A stretch of DNA of 51,981 nt. It comes from a bacterium (GTDB lineage: Bacteria > Patescibacteriota > Saccharimonadia > Saccharimonadales > SZUA-47). The translations under genes and the position numbers were made by a program. Shown in pieces: positions 51,007 to 51,981 of the stretch. The stretch is taken from NCBI GenBank assembly GCA_030430915.1, contig JAUIKH010000001.1, forward strand, positions 1 through 51,981. The letters are read 5' to 3'. Below the pieces are notes generated by a model, which did no database searches, was not told the DNA's origin, and worked only from the letters and a program-made list of their open reading frames with translations. How positions within the stretch are numbered: position 1 is the stretch's first letter; every line of letters begins with the position of its first letter.

Positions 51007-51049
51007 TGTTAATATTATACCTTTCTCTTTTCAACAATAATTTATTTAT

Positions 51050-51895
51050 TTACTGAGATGAAGTAACATTGTCTAAGACTTTTTCGGAATGAGACTTTAA
51101 TTCACTGCTATCTACTGAAGCATTTGGATAAGCATCAGGCGTATTTGTATAAGCACCACCATTTTCATCAACTACTAGTACAGAAGGATTTTCTGTAGAT
51201 CCTTCTTGTCCAGCCAAGGGACCAAAATGTACTTCAAGCGTTCTCCCATCTGAGTCCGTTATGCTAAACCATTTCTCTTTTTGGCTTTCCTCAGATGAGT
51301 CCATACTAATTTTACCTTTTTCTATTTCACCTCCGACAGTTATGGAATAATCTGGGGTAGACCAGTTTATATTACCCTCTCCGCTAGCATCTTCACTCGC
51401 TTGCGAATTAAAGTTCAGGACACCACTCGCTGTATTTTCAGGGAATTTTATAAAGCTATCAAGAAAGTTCATGGCTCTATTAACTATATGTTCACCTTCG
51501 TATTTTTCTGGGAACTCAATTTCTAAGCTGTCCGGTCCAACTGTACTTTCTCTTTCTGCAGTCGCAGCCTCACCAATATCAACTTTTGGATTAGCAGGTT
51601 TTGCCGGCGTTTGAACTGTAGTTGTAGTTGAATCATTTGATTTTGGACCACCCCACTCTTCTGGAAGTTCTATTTCTGGTTCAGCTCCCTTCAAAGGCCG
51701 GTTTTGGTCGACTTCTTGTTCCTGTAGATTTTCAGAAGAAGCTGGGCTACCATCCAAGGCATCGCTTGCTATTTTCGCACCGCCAGCTAATGCGACACCC
51801 GCCGCTACAACTGCAACGCCTTTCTTTATTTTGCTTGGTGCGCTATCTTCTTCTACCGGATTCTGTGGTTGTTGATTTTGATTATTTGGTGGCAT
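51050..51895 (-). CDS. Hypothetical single-TM protein
   Basis: AAGGA SD, TM GVAVVAAGVALAGGA, disordered linker, globular C-domain. Confidence 0.8.
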   Translation of the reverse strand: MPPNNQNQQPQNPVEEDSAPSKIKKGVAVVAAGVALAGGAKIASDALDGSPASSENLQEQEVDQNRPLKGAEPEIELPEEWGGPKSNDSTTTTVQTPAKPANPKVDIGEAATAERESTVGPDSLEIEFPEKYEGEHIVNRAMNFLDSFIKFPENTASGVLNFNSQASEDASGEGNINWSTPDYSITVGGEIEKGKISMDSSEESQKEKWFSITDSDGRTLEVHFGPLAGQEGSTENPSVLVVDENGGAYTNTPDAYPNASVDSSELKSHSEKVLDNVTSSQ

Positions 51896-51981
51896 ATTTT
51901 TCCTTTTCTATTTTTTTGTAATTTTTGTTTTATTTACTAGACCTATATATTAACACACTATTCAATAAAAAGCAACCCTAT

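Overview
Chromosomal window from a low-GC Patescibacteria (CPR) genome, most likely Saccharimonadia/TM7 (inferred from the gene set, an LPxTG-type surface protein, a secretin-less type IV pilus locus and the VirD4-like ATPase). It holds the 5' end of a 16S rRNA gene (minus strand, enlarged V1), gyrB-gyrA, a VirD4/TraD-like ATPase, yifB/comM, infC(AUA start)-rpmI-rplT, RNase P RNA, a probable 6S RNA, an ASCH-RNase H fusion, pheA, rpmB, miaA, thrS, tgt, nrdR, four tRNAs, ndk, a Xer recombinase and a pilM-N-O-(P)-B-T-C-pilin-pilD-minor pilin cluster. The most unusual signal is non-coding: (1) three ~190-bp units at tRNA-Asp and tRNA-Arg, each with a sense tRNA fragment, an antisense T-arm copy and stacked hairpins; (2) a compact T-box-like leader before GNAT-thrS; (3) several promoter-to-terminator ORF-free structured RNA candidates; (4) palindromic elements that bracket single genes (pilD, a Zn-peptidase), sit inside the pil operon or insert in frame in tgt; (5) many genes with leaderless-type starts. 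All calls are by eye; no searches or folding programs were run.
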